The notes under the pieces: model-generated
What the model was told of the DNA's origin: nothing
Database searches by the model: none
What the model saw: the letters and a program-made list of their open reading frames with translations, nothing else
Shown here: positions 15,789-23,143 of the stretch, piece by piece
How positions within the stretch are numbered: position 1 is the first letter of the stretch
Layout of the letters: every line of letters starts with the position of its first letter
Origin: Deltaproteobacteria bacterium
GTDB taxonomy: Bacteria; Myxococcota_A; Polyangia; JACRCY01
Length of the DNA: 35,979 nucleotides
Reading direction: 5' to 3'
Assembly: GCA_016218785.1 (NCBI GenBank)
Contig: JACRCY010000056.1
Location: 1 to 35,979, forward strand
Made by a program: the position numbers and the translations under genes

Positions 15789-17489
15789 ATGCCCGACGTG
15801 GCCTTCGTCTCCGCGCCCATTGACCTTCACCCTGTCGGAGCCGTCCCGCGGCCGTCGTCCCGCCCGGCATCGCGCCGGAGCGGCAGCCGCCGGGCCGCGC
15901 GGCCGAGGGCGGCCGGCCAGGCCCGTGCCCGGGCTGGCGCGAAGCCGCCGCGCCCCGGGCTGCTGCTCGTGGAGGCGCGGCGACCGCCCCGGCTGGGGGA
16001 CGCCAACGCCGAGCCGTTTCCCTTCATCGCCGGCTACGCCGAGAGTCGACGCGTTCCGGTGCGCTGGATCTGCTTCCCGCACGAGGCCTGGGCCCCGGCC
16101 CCCAGCCCCTTCCTGCTCGACCTGACCTCCCGGGCCCGGCAGCAGCTGCTCGCGCAGGTCGCGGCCTGCGGAGCGTCCCACCTGATCCTCTCCGAGGTGC
16201 CCGCACCGGCGCTGCGCAGGTTCCTCTCGCGTGAGCGGCCCGGGCTGCAGGTCCGGCACTGTGCCTCGCCCCGCAGCTCCTACTCGAGCGACTGGCTCGC
16301 CGCCTGGCTCGGCATCACCGGCGAGCGCGAGGGCTTCCTTCCGGACCTGGCCTCGCCTTCGTACCGGTCCGTCCCTGCCGGCGGCCCGGTCCCCGCGGCG
16401 CCGACGCCCGTGATCGGCTCGGCGCCGTGCCTCTATGCGGCACCCCTCGGTGACAATCCCGCGTATGGCGACGTCGACCTCTCCGGCATCGAGCGCAAGT
16501 TCGCCTGCGCGTTCTGCCCGGGCCCGCCGGATCTCAAGTACCGCTACCGCACGCCTCCCCTCGACCTGGCGATGCGCCAGATCGCGGCCGTGCGCGCCGA
16601 GCCGGAGACGGTGTGGAGCCGCTCCCAGTTCGTGATCCGCTCGGCCGCCGTCTTCTTCGCCATGTCGAAGCTGTTGCAGCGCCTGGAGCTGGAGGCGGCC
16701 GCGCCCGTCTCGCTGTTCTTCGGTTGCCGGGCCGACGAGGTCCTGGCGCGCGCGGACGACATCGCCGCGGCGCTGGCCATCGCGCGGCGCTGCGGGCACG
16801 CCATCCACGTCTTCTCCATGGGGGTGGAGAGCTTCTCCCCCCCCGAGAACGAGCGCTTCAACAAGCGGCTCTCCGCCGCCACCGTCGGCGCGGCCCTGCG
16901 GCGCTTGCGCGAGTGGGAGCGCGAGTACCGCGGCACCTTCTTCTTCACTCGTCATGGCGGCCTGGGGTTCATCCTGTTCACGCCCTGGACGACGCTCGAG
17001 GACCTGCGCCTGAACCTGGCCGCCGCGCGGGAGCTGGGCCTCGAGGAGGATGGCTTCTTCCTGACCCGGCGGGTCATGCTCCTCGGCGACACTCCGCTGC
17101 TGCGCCTGGCCGAGCACGACGGCCTGGTCGACCCCTCCGCCGCGCAGGATCGGGCGCTGTTCGAATGGCTCCAGCGGCACTGCGACCCGGGATGCCGCCG
17201 ATTCTTCGAGGAGCAGGACCGCCCGTGGCGCTTCCGCGAGGCCGTCACCGCGCGGGTCTGCGCCATCACCGTGCGGATGGCGAAGCTCGACGCCATCGTC
17301 GAGGACGACCCCCATCACCGGCGGATCGTGGAGGCCGTCCGGTCCTCGAGGGTGCGCCTCCTCGATGCCTTCTCGGCGCTGCTCGGGATCGCCGAGGACC
17401 ACCGCGAGGCCCCCCTCAAGGTGCTGCTCGAGGGCTGGCTCGATTGGCTGCGTCGTGCCCCGGCGGGCGCGCGGGGCGACCGGCCGTGA
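15789..17489 (+). CDS. radical-SAM-like (class-B-like TIM barrel) protein with a non-canonical Cys motif
   Basis: SMGVESFSPPENERFNKR and GFILFTPWTTLEDLRLNL resemble the rSAM core of B12-binding/Elp3-type enzymes. The cluster motif, however, is PC-x25-CAFC rather than CxxxCxxC. ATG start 5 nt after the upstream stop. Clear paralog of the gene at 34091..>35979. Confidence 0.6.
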   Translation: MPDVAFVSAPIDLHPVGAVPRPSSRPASRRSGSRRAARPRAAGQARARAGAKPPRPGLLLVEARRPPRLGDANAEPFPFIAGYAESRRVPVRWICFPHEAWAPAPSPFLLDLTSRARQQLLAQVAACGASHLILSEVPAPALRRFLSRERPGLQVRHCASPRSSYSSDWLAAWLGITGEREGFLPDLASPSYRSVPAGGPVPAAPTPVIGSAPCLYAAPLGDNPAYGDVDLSGIERKFACAFCPGPPDLKYRYRTPPLDLAMRQIAAVRAEPETVWSRSQFVIRSAAVFFAMSKLLQRLELEAAAPVSLFFGCRADEVLARADDIAAALAIARRCGHAIHVFSMGVESFSPPENERFNKRLSAATVGAALRRLREWEREYRGTFFFTRHGGLGFILFTPWTTLEDLRLNLAAARELGLEEDGFFLTRRVMLLGDTPLLRLAEHDGLVDPSAAQDRALFEWLQRHCDPGCRRFFEEQDRPWRFREAVTARVCAITVRMAKLDAIVEDDPHHRRIVEAVRSSRVRLLDAFSALLGIAEDHREAPLKVLLEGWLDWLRRAPAGARGDRP

Positions 17490-18376
17490 GCACCCCGGCG
17501 GCGGGGCAGCCCGTGCGGAGCCTGTACCCGCACGTCGTGCTGCGACGGCTCCCGGCGGACGCGCCCGCGAAGATCGCCTGCCTCACCGTGGACTTCGAGT
17601 GCGACTACGGGGCGCGCACGGGCCAGTTCCGGCTGGCCCGACACGAGGACGAGCTGCAAGCGCTCCGCTCCTTCCTCCGCCGCGAGCGGATCCCCCTGTC
17701 GCTGTTCGTGGTCACCGAGATGCTCGACAAGTGGTCCGCCGCCGCGCCGCTCGCGCGCCTCCTCGGCGACGACTGGCACTCCCACTCGCACACCCACCGC
17801 CCGGCGTGCCCCGACCTGAAGGCGGAGATCGCGGCGAGCCGCGAGGGGTTCCGGCGGCACTTCGGCCGCGGGCCCGCCGGGTATCGGGCGCCGATGGGCC
17901 TGCTGCGACCCGAGCATGTCCCGCTGCTGGCGGAGGCGGGCTTCTCGTTCAGTGCCAGCATCTTCCCCAGCCTGCGACCCGGGACCTACAACCATCTGGG
18001 GCAGTCGCTGTTGCCGCTGCGCTACGAGAACGGGCTCATCGAGCTGCCCTTCGGCGTGGTGCGCGGGCTGCGGGTCCCGGTCGCGATCAGCTACTTCAAG
18101 CTGCTCGGCCCGGGGCCGGGCAGGTGGCTGCTCAAGCTGCTGGGCGTGCCCCGCGTCCTCGTCGTCAACTTCCACCTGCACGACGTCGTGGTCGACGAGG
18201 AGAGCCTCGCGCAGCTCACCGGCGGCGTGCGCGCCGTCTACGGGATCCGCAAGCACGGCGGGCGCGCGGTGCTCGAGGCGCTCGTGCGGCACCTGCGCGC
18301 CGAAGGCTACACGTTCCTGACCATGACCGAGCTGTACGACCTCTGTGCGAACGCCACCGGCGATGCGGGCGCGTGA
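17486..18376 (+). CDS. polysaccharide deacetylase (NodB/ArnD-type) family protein
   Basis: ACLTVDFECDYG (motif-1-like Asp pair), WHSHSHTH (His-His metal motif) and GYRAP (motif 3). GTG 17486 overlaps the upstream stop (GTGA). Confidence 0.65.
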   Translation: MSTPAAGQPVRSLYPHVVLRRLPADAPAKIACLTVDFECDYGARTGQFRLARHEDELQALRSFLRRERIPLSLFVVTEMLDKWSAAAPLARLLGDDWHSHSHTHRPACPDLKAEIAASREGFRRHFGRGPAGYRAPMGLLRPEHVPLLAEAGFSFSASIFPSLRPGTYNHLGQSLLPLRYENGLIELPFGVVRGLRVPVAISYFKLLGPGPGRWLLKLLGVPRVLVVNFHLHDVVVDEESLAQLTGGVRAVYGIRKHGGRAVLEALVRHLRAEGYTFLTMTELYDLCANATGDAGA

Positions 18377-18388
18377 CCGCGCGGCGCG

Positions 18389-18406
18389 GAGGTGGCTTGC
18401 CACCTC
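18389..18406 (+). other. intra-operon GC hairpin
   Basis: GAGGTGGC-TT-GCCACCTC perfect inverted repeat, 13 nt after the deacetylase stop and 36 nt before the next start. Could be an attenuator or processing site. The 2-nt loop means the effective stem is shorter. Confidence 0.25.
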
Positions 18407-18441
18407 GGCGGCCCGGCGGTAGAGTCGGGCGTCGAGGTACC

Positions 18442-20061
18442 GTGAAGCGGCACCCGCTGCGCAACTCGCTCGCCACGCTGATCGAGGACGGTCGGGCGCT
18501 CGTGGTGGAGACGCCGGCGCACGAGCGGTACCCCGTCGACACGGGCGTCCTGTCGCTCACCTCGCGCTGCAATCTCGGCTGCGTGATGTGTCTCGAGCCC
18601 CGCGGGCCGGAGCCCGTCGATCTGCCGTTCGACGAGGCGAGGCGCTTCGTCGAGATCTTCGCCGGCCGCGTCCCCAGGATCTGGACCTGTGCCGGAGAGG
18701 CGCTCCTCTACCCCCGGTTCTTCGAGCTCGGCCGGGCGATCTTCCAGCGCGGCACGCGACTGGGCGTCGGGACCAACGGTCTCGTGCTCGGCAACCCGAA
18801 GGTCCTGCAGCGTTGCGCCGACGCCGGCGTCCGGTGGCTGCACGTCTCCTGCCACACGTCCCGGCCCGAGCGGTTCATGCGCTTGACGGCGACCACCGAC
18901 CGGCGGCGCTTCGACCAGTTTGTCCGCGGCCTCCGGAACGTCGACGAGTGGAACCGCGACCACGGGCCCGACCGCCGCTTCGACGTGCTCCTCCAGCTCG
19001 TGCTGATGAGGCCTTTCGACGAGGAGATCGAGGAGTACCTGGACTTCGTCGTCCGGCACCTCGCCCACAGCCCCCTGATGATCCGGGTCGAGCCGATGCA
19101 GCCCATGAACGCGGGCGCGGAGCACCCGGAGCTCCAGTACGACCTGGCCGAGCTGGGGCGGATCGTTCGCCACCTCATCGAGGAGCACTCGGGACGCGTC
19201 AAGCTCGAGTTCAAGTCCATCCCGCTCTGCATGCTGGACGGCTCCGAGGGGGCGTCCGAGGACCTCTGCACGCGGGCCGCGGGGACCGTGGTCGTGGGCA
19301 ACCTGGGACACCAGTCGGGCGGGCTGCAGCTGCAGTGCCCGATCGGCGACCCGGCGGACAGCGCCTGCGCCGCCACCTGCAGCGGGTGCCGCCTCGGGTG
19401 CCTCTGCCCCGGGGTCATGGACAACCCGGTGCCCGAGGGGTGCGCGTGGCCTCGGCCCGTCTCCGCGTCCGCGGTGCAGCTGCTGGCCCGACTGGGCCTC
19501 CGGACCGACTTCGCGGAGCGCAAGTTCTCGCTCGTGTACCCGCGCCGCTTCAACGCACCGGACCCGGAGGCACCAGAGCCGCCTGCTCGGCGGTCTCTCG
19601 CGGCGGCCCCGCCGCGCGAGGGCACGGTGGCGGGCCTGAGCGACGAGCAGCTCGGGCTGGGGCCCGAGTCGCCGCGGCGCTTCACGTCGGCCGAGATGGG
19701 CCGGATCGAGGGGATCGTCCGCGCCCTGGCGCGCGAGGACCTGGTGGCGGAGTCACGGGTCTCCCACCGGTTCGCGGCGCTCTCGCTCCGGACCGCGGAT
19801 CGCCCGTCGGGGCCCTGCCTCGTGATCCTCGAGCCCGCGCGAGCCTCGACCCCGTGCTGCTTCGCGGCGGCGGGGGTCGCGGTCCGCTACAACGGCCAGC
19901 TGACCCTAGCCCTGCAGGGGCACCTCGATCGTATCCGGCGCCTCCTCGCGTCGGCCGGCTTGCCGGGGCCGGCGGTCACCGGTCGCGAGGGCGCGGGCAC
20001 GCGCCGGGTGCGGAGCCGGCGCCAGCCTCGCGGGCGCGCCCGGTCGAGAGGCCGTTCCTAG
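18442..20061 (+). CDS. radical SAM protein with a Cys-rich twitch/SPASM-like region and a C-terminal shared accessory domain
   Basis: GTG 18442 preceded by GAGG. LSLTSRCNLGCVMCLEP. Cys cluster CPIGD..CAATCSGCRLGCLCPGV. Shared-domain copy at 19702-19959, then an Arg-rich tail. Confidence 0.82.
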   Translation: MKRHPLRNSLATLIEDGRALVVETPAHERYPVDTGVLSLTSRCNLGCVMCLEPRGPEPVDLPFDEARRFVEIFAGRVPRIWTCAGEALLYPRFFELGRAIFQRGTRLGVGTNGLVLGNPKVLQRCADAGVRWLHVSCHTSRPERFMRLTATTDRRRFDQFVRGLRNVDEWNRDHGPDRRFDVLLQLVLMRPFDEEIEEYLDFVVRHLAHSPLMIRVEPMQPMNAGAEHPELQYDLAELGRIVRHLIEEHSGRVKLEFKSIPLCMLDGSEGASEDLCTRAAGTVVVGNLGHQSGGLQLQCPIGDPADSACAATCSGCRLGCLCPGVMDNPVPEGCAWPRPVSASAVQLLARLGLRTDFAERKFSLVYPRRFNAPDPEAPEPPARRSLAAAPPREGTVAGLSDEQLGLGPESPRRFTSAEMGRIEGIVRALAREDLVAESRVSHRFAALSLRTADRPSGPCLVILEPARASTPCCFAAAGVAVRYNGQLTLALQGHLDRIRRLLASAGLPGPAVTGREGAGTRRVRSRRQPRGRARSRGRS

Positions 20062-20090
20062 CTCGCGCCTGACGACGCGCTGGCGCGGAA

Positions 20091-20116
20091 CCCCGGCCCC
20101 GGACCGTGGGCCGGGG
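20091..20116. terminator. GC hairpin between convergent operons (bidirectional terminator candidate)
   Basis: CCCCGGCCC (20091-20099) pairs with GGGCCGGGG (20108-20116): 9-bp perfect stem, 8-nt loop. It lies in the 70-nt gap between stops at 20061 (+) and 20132 (-). Confidence 0.4.
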
Positions 20117-20131
20117 CGCGGCGTGCGGACG

Positions 20132-21046
20132 TCAGTCGTCCCCCCGCGGCAGCCGCCGGATGTACGAGAAGTGGTCGGCGAACAGGCCCAGGAAGAGCAG
20201 CAGGATCCCGACGAAGAGGGAGAAGTGCCCGTCGGCGCGGGAGGTCCAGGCGAAGACGTCGGTGAACAGCCGCACCGCGCCGAACAGGATCAGGAGGAAG
20301 CTCACGGGAAGGAAGACCCGGAGCGGGCTGAACAGGGCCACGATTCGCACGATCTGCAGCACGATCCGCAGCCCGTCGCGCAGAGGCGTCACCTTGCTCG
20401 CGCCGGTGGACCTCGGCCGCACCGTCTCCCACGGCACGAAGACGACCGGGTGACCGGCCCGCAGCAACGCCAGCGTCATGGTCGTCGAGGCCGAGAAGCC
20501 GTTGGGCAGGAGGCGGAGGAAGGGGAGCAGGACCTGGCGCCTGATGGCGCGGAGACCCGATGTCAGGTCGGGGATCCGCCGGCCCGCGATGTAGCTCGCC
20601 ATCCAGGACAGCACGGTGATGGCGATCGCGCGGCCGAACAGCCCCTTTGCCTTCCACGGCCGTGCGGCCACCACCATGTCGTAGCCCTCGAGGTGCTCCA
20701 CGAGCCTCGCGATGTCGCCCGGATCGTGCTGGGCGTCGGCGTCCATCAGGACCACGACGGGCCTGGCGGCCTGCCGGACGCCCTTCCGGATCGAGGCGCC
20801 GTACCCGATGTTGTAGGGGTGGCGGATGACCGTGGCGCCGGCGGCCCGGGCGGCCTCGGCGGTGCCGTCGGTCGAGCCGTCGTCGACGACGACGATCTCG
20901 TGGTCGATGGGGAGCGCCCTCAACCCCTCGATGATGGGGCCGATCGTGTGCCGCTCGTTGAACGCCGGGATCACGATGCTGGCGCCGAGCGGCTTCCCGG
21001 ACGGCGGCGGCGGTGCCTCTCTCGGCTCCGGATCGTGCGGCTCCAT
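20132..21046 (-). CDS. family-2 glycosyltransferase, polyprenyl-phosphate sugar transferase type (ArnC/GtrB/DPM1-like)
   Basis: SIVIPAFNE, VVVDDGSTDGT and LMDADAQHDP (DxD), with two C-terminal hydrophobic helices (LRIVLQIVRIVALF.., VFLPVSFLLILFGAV.., FVGILLLFLGLF). No processive QxxRW motif. Confidence 0.85.
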   Translation of the reverse strand: MEPHDPEPREAPPPPSGKPLGASIVIPAFNERHTIGPIIEGLRALPIDHEIVVVDDGSTDGTAEAARAAGATVIRHPYNIGYGASIRKGVRQAARPVVVLMDADAQHDPGDIARLVEHLEGYDMVVAARPWKAKGLFGRAIAITVLSWMASYIAGRRIPDLTSGLRAIRRQVLLPFLRLLPNGFSASTTMTLALLRAGHPVVFVPWETVRPRSTGASKVTPLRDGLRIVLQIVRIVALFSPLRVFLPVSFLLILFGAVRLFTDVFAWTSRADGHFSLFVGILLLFLGLFADHFSYIRRLPRGDD

Positions 21047-21109
21047 CGATGCCTCGGTCGAACCCCCTCCGTTCGGCGAGCCGGCGCCCGCGCCGGAAGC
21101 GCGGAGCGT

Positions 21110-23143
21110 CTACCCGGCCCGGGCCCGGGCCCCAGCGCCCGACATCCCCTTCAGCTTCGGGATCCGGTTGATCGTCCTGACGGCGTGCTGCATGTCGACG
21201 CCTATGGTGTCACCATACCACAGGAGCGACTCGGCTCTCGGCTTGTTCCAGATGACGCTCTCCTCGAGCGCCTGGTCGCGGGTCATGCGCCCCTCGCGGA
21301 CCAGGTTGCACAGGAAAGTGTCGTGCTCGCTGAAGCCGCCGACGGTGAAGTAGATGTAGTTGTAGAAGGAGGCGGTCCCGTCGTCGATCCGCCACGAGCT
21401 CCCGGAGTCACGCGACGACTCCCAGTGGTACTCGCGGCGCAGCGTGCCGACGACCGTCGGCTCGTCCCAGCGAACGTAGTCGTAGAGCTTCAGGTAGTCG
21501 TGCGGCAGCACGTAGAAGGAGACGAACGCGTCGAGCGTGTCCCACAGGGAGTGGTTGAGGTAGGCCGTGTTCAGCAGGTACTCGCGGCCATAGAAGAGCA
21601 GCATCCTCAGCCGGTCGGGCGTGGGGATCGAGTACGCCATCGTGCCCAGCCTGGTGAGCCTGGCGCCGGCGTAGCCGACCTTGAAGCTCGTCTTCTCCAG
21701 GGCGTGCTCCCCGTAGAACATCAGCTTCACGCCGAACTGCCGCCGGAGGACGTACGAGATCCGATAGAACTGCTTGTCGCCCGCCATGAAGAGCGGCACG
21801 GTGCCGAGGTGCGGGTGGCGCAGCCAGGCGAGCACGTTGGCGCGGATGTAGGCCCGCTTGCGCGGGATGTCGGCCGACACCAGGATGTGCTCGGTACCGG
21901 TGCCGGCGCACATCCGCGACACGTTGCGGCGCCCCTCGTCGGTCATCATGCCCCAGTCGTAGGTGAACGCGACCTGGTGCATGCCGAGGACCTTCGTCAC
22001 GTAGTGCAGGGTGTAGCTCGAGTCGCGCCCGCCGCTGATGGCGACGAGGCAATCGGGGCGGTCCCCGTTGCCGCGGTGGGGGCGCACCAGGGCCTCCAGC
22101 GCGTCCGTGCCCTTCACGGTGACGGGGCGGTGGCTGCGGCAGAAGCTGCACACGCCGTCGGCGTCGAACGCGATGAACGGCATGGTCTCCGGCAGGATGC
22201 ACCTGGTGCACCGCCGCAGGCCGCGCTCCGGCTCGTACTCGACGTCGAGGATCCTCCGTTCCGGGCCCCGGCGGGCGCCGCCCACCTCGTGAGTTCCCGG
22301 CGCGACGCTCGGATAGCTGGAGCAGTCGACGATCGCGACGGGCCGCGCGGCGCGCGGCGCGCGCCCGGCGGGGAGGCCGCCCGGGCCGGTCGTCTCCAGG
22401 CGGAAGTACTCGGCGCGGGCCGTGCCGCCCTGGACCACGCAGCCGTCGCCGGCCTTCAGCTGCCTGACCGGGGCGTGCCTCGTGAACGTCCCGCCGGAGA
22501 GCAGCCGACGCAGGAAGATGCTCTCCGAGGCGAACACGACCGCCCGGAGCTCCTCGTCGTGGCAGACGTAGAGGGAGCCGTTGTTCGTCGCGAGGAGGAG
22601 CTGGTCCGCTCCGGGGAAGAGCACCGCGATGGAGGCCATCCCCTCGAGGTCCGAGTAGAGGCTGGCGGCGGCCAGAGGGATGGAGCCGTGCTCGGCCTGT
22701 AGCTTCTCCAGGGACCAGAAGAGGGCCTCGGAGTCGACCAGCGCCGTGCGCCCCGGAGTGCCGTGCCTGCGCCAGAGGTCCTGGTCGTTGGTGATGATGC
22801 CGTTGTGGACCCCGACGAGCACGTCGCTGAACAGGGGCTGGTTGTTGTGGTTGTCGGCCGGCGTGCCATTCGTGGCCATGCGCGAGTGGCCGATGATGCT
22901 CAGGCCGCCCGCCGCCCGTTCGACGTGGCCCATGATCTCGCGGTACGGCGACGACTCGACGAGGAGGGCCGCGGCCTGCTGGCTCCTGAGAACCCGCACC
23001 GTGTGGCCGTCCCCGACGGCGATCCCGGACGACTCCATGCCGCGCGATTCGGAGAGCCTGAGGAGGTCGCCGATCGCGCGCCCCAGCGCCTTGCCCCGCA
23101 GCGGGGAGCCGTCAGCGGTGACGATTCCGAGGATTCCGCACAT
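21110..23143 (-). CDS. fusion protein: class-II (Ntn) glutamine amidotransferase domain + WbpG-like N-acetyl-sugar amidotransferase (PP-loop) domain
   Basis: Starts MCGILGI (Cys2 nucleophile), with GHSRMATNG and HNGIITN. The C-terminal half has CTRCILPE..DGVCSFC (zinc ribbon), the PP-loop VAISGGRDSS, then FTYDWGM..GTEHILVSAD. The track ORF start at 23188 was rejected in favour of the MCGI start. Confidence 0.8.
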   Translation of the reverse strand: MCGILGIVTADGSPLRGKALGRAIGDLLRLSESRGMESSGIAVGDGHTVRVLRSQQAAALLVESSPYREIMGHVERAAGGLSIIGHSRMATNGTPADNHNNQPLFSDVLVGVHNGIITNDQDLWRRHGTPGRTALVDSEALFWSLEKLQAEHGSIPLAAASLYSDLEGMASIAVLFPGADQLLLATNNGSLYVCHDEELRAVVFASESIFLRRLLSGGTFTRHAPVRQLKAGDGCVVQGGTARAEYFRLETTGPGGLPAGRAPRAARPVAIVDCSSYPSVAPGTHEVGGARRGPERRILDVEYEPERGLRRCTRCILPETMPFIAFDADGVCSFCRSHRPVTVKGTDALEALVRPHRGNGDRPDCLVAISGGRDSSYTLHYVTKVLGMHQVAFTYDWGMMTDEGRRNVSRMCAGTGTEHILVSADIPRKRAYIRANVLAWLRHPHLGTVPLFMAGDKQFYRISYVLRRQFGVKLMFYGEHALEKTSFKVGYAGARLTRLGTMAYSIPTPDRLRMLLFYGREYLLNTAYLNHSLWDTLDAFVSFYVLPHDYLKLYDYVRWDEPTVVGTLRREYHWESSRDSGSSWRIDDGTASFYNYIYFTVGGFSEHDTFLCNLVREGRMTRDQALEESVIWNKPRAESLLWYGDTIGVDMQHAVRTINRIPKLKGMSGAGARARAG

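Noticed and set aside
17777-17797. HSHSHTH stretch, considered as a His-Xaa-Ser (HxsA-like) repeat given the HxsB/HxsD-like genes nearby
   Set aside because: It lies inside the NodB-type deacetylase, exactly where the family's His-x-x-x-His metal-binding motif is expected. It is a single short run, not a repeat protein.
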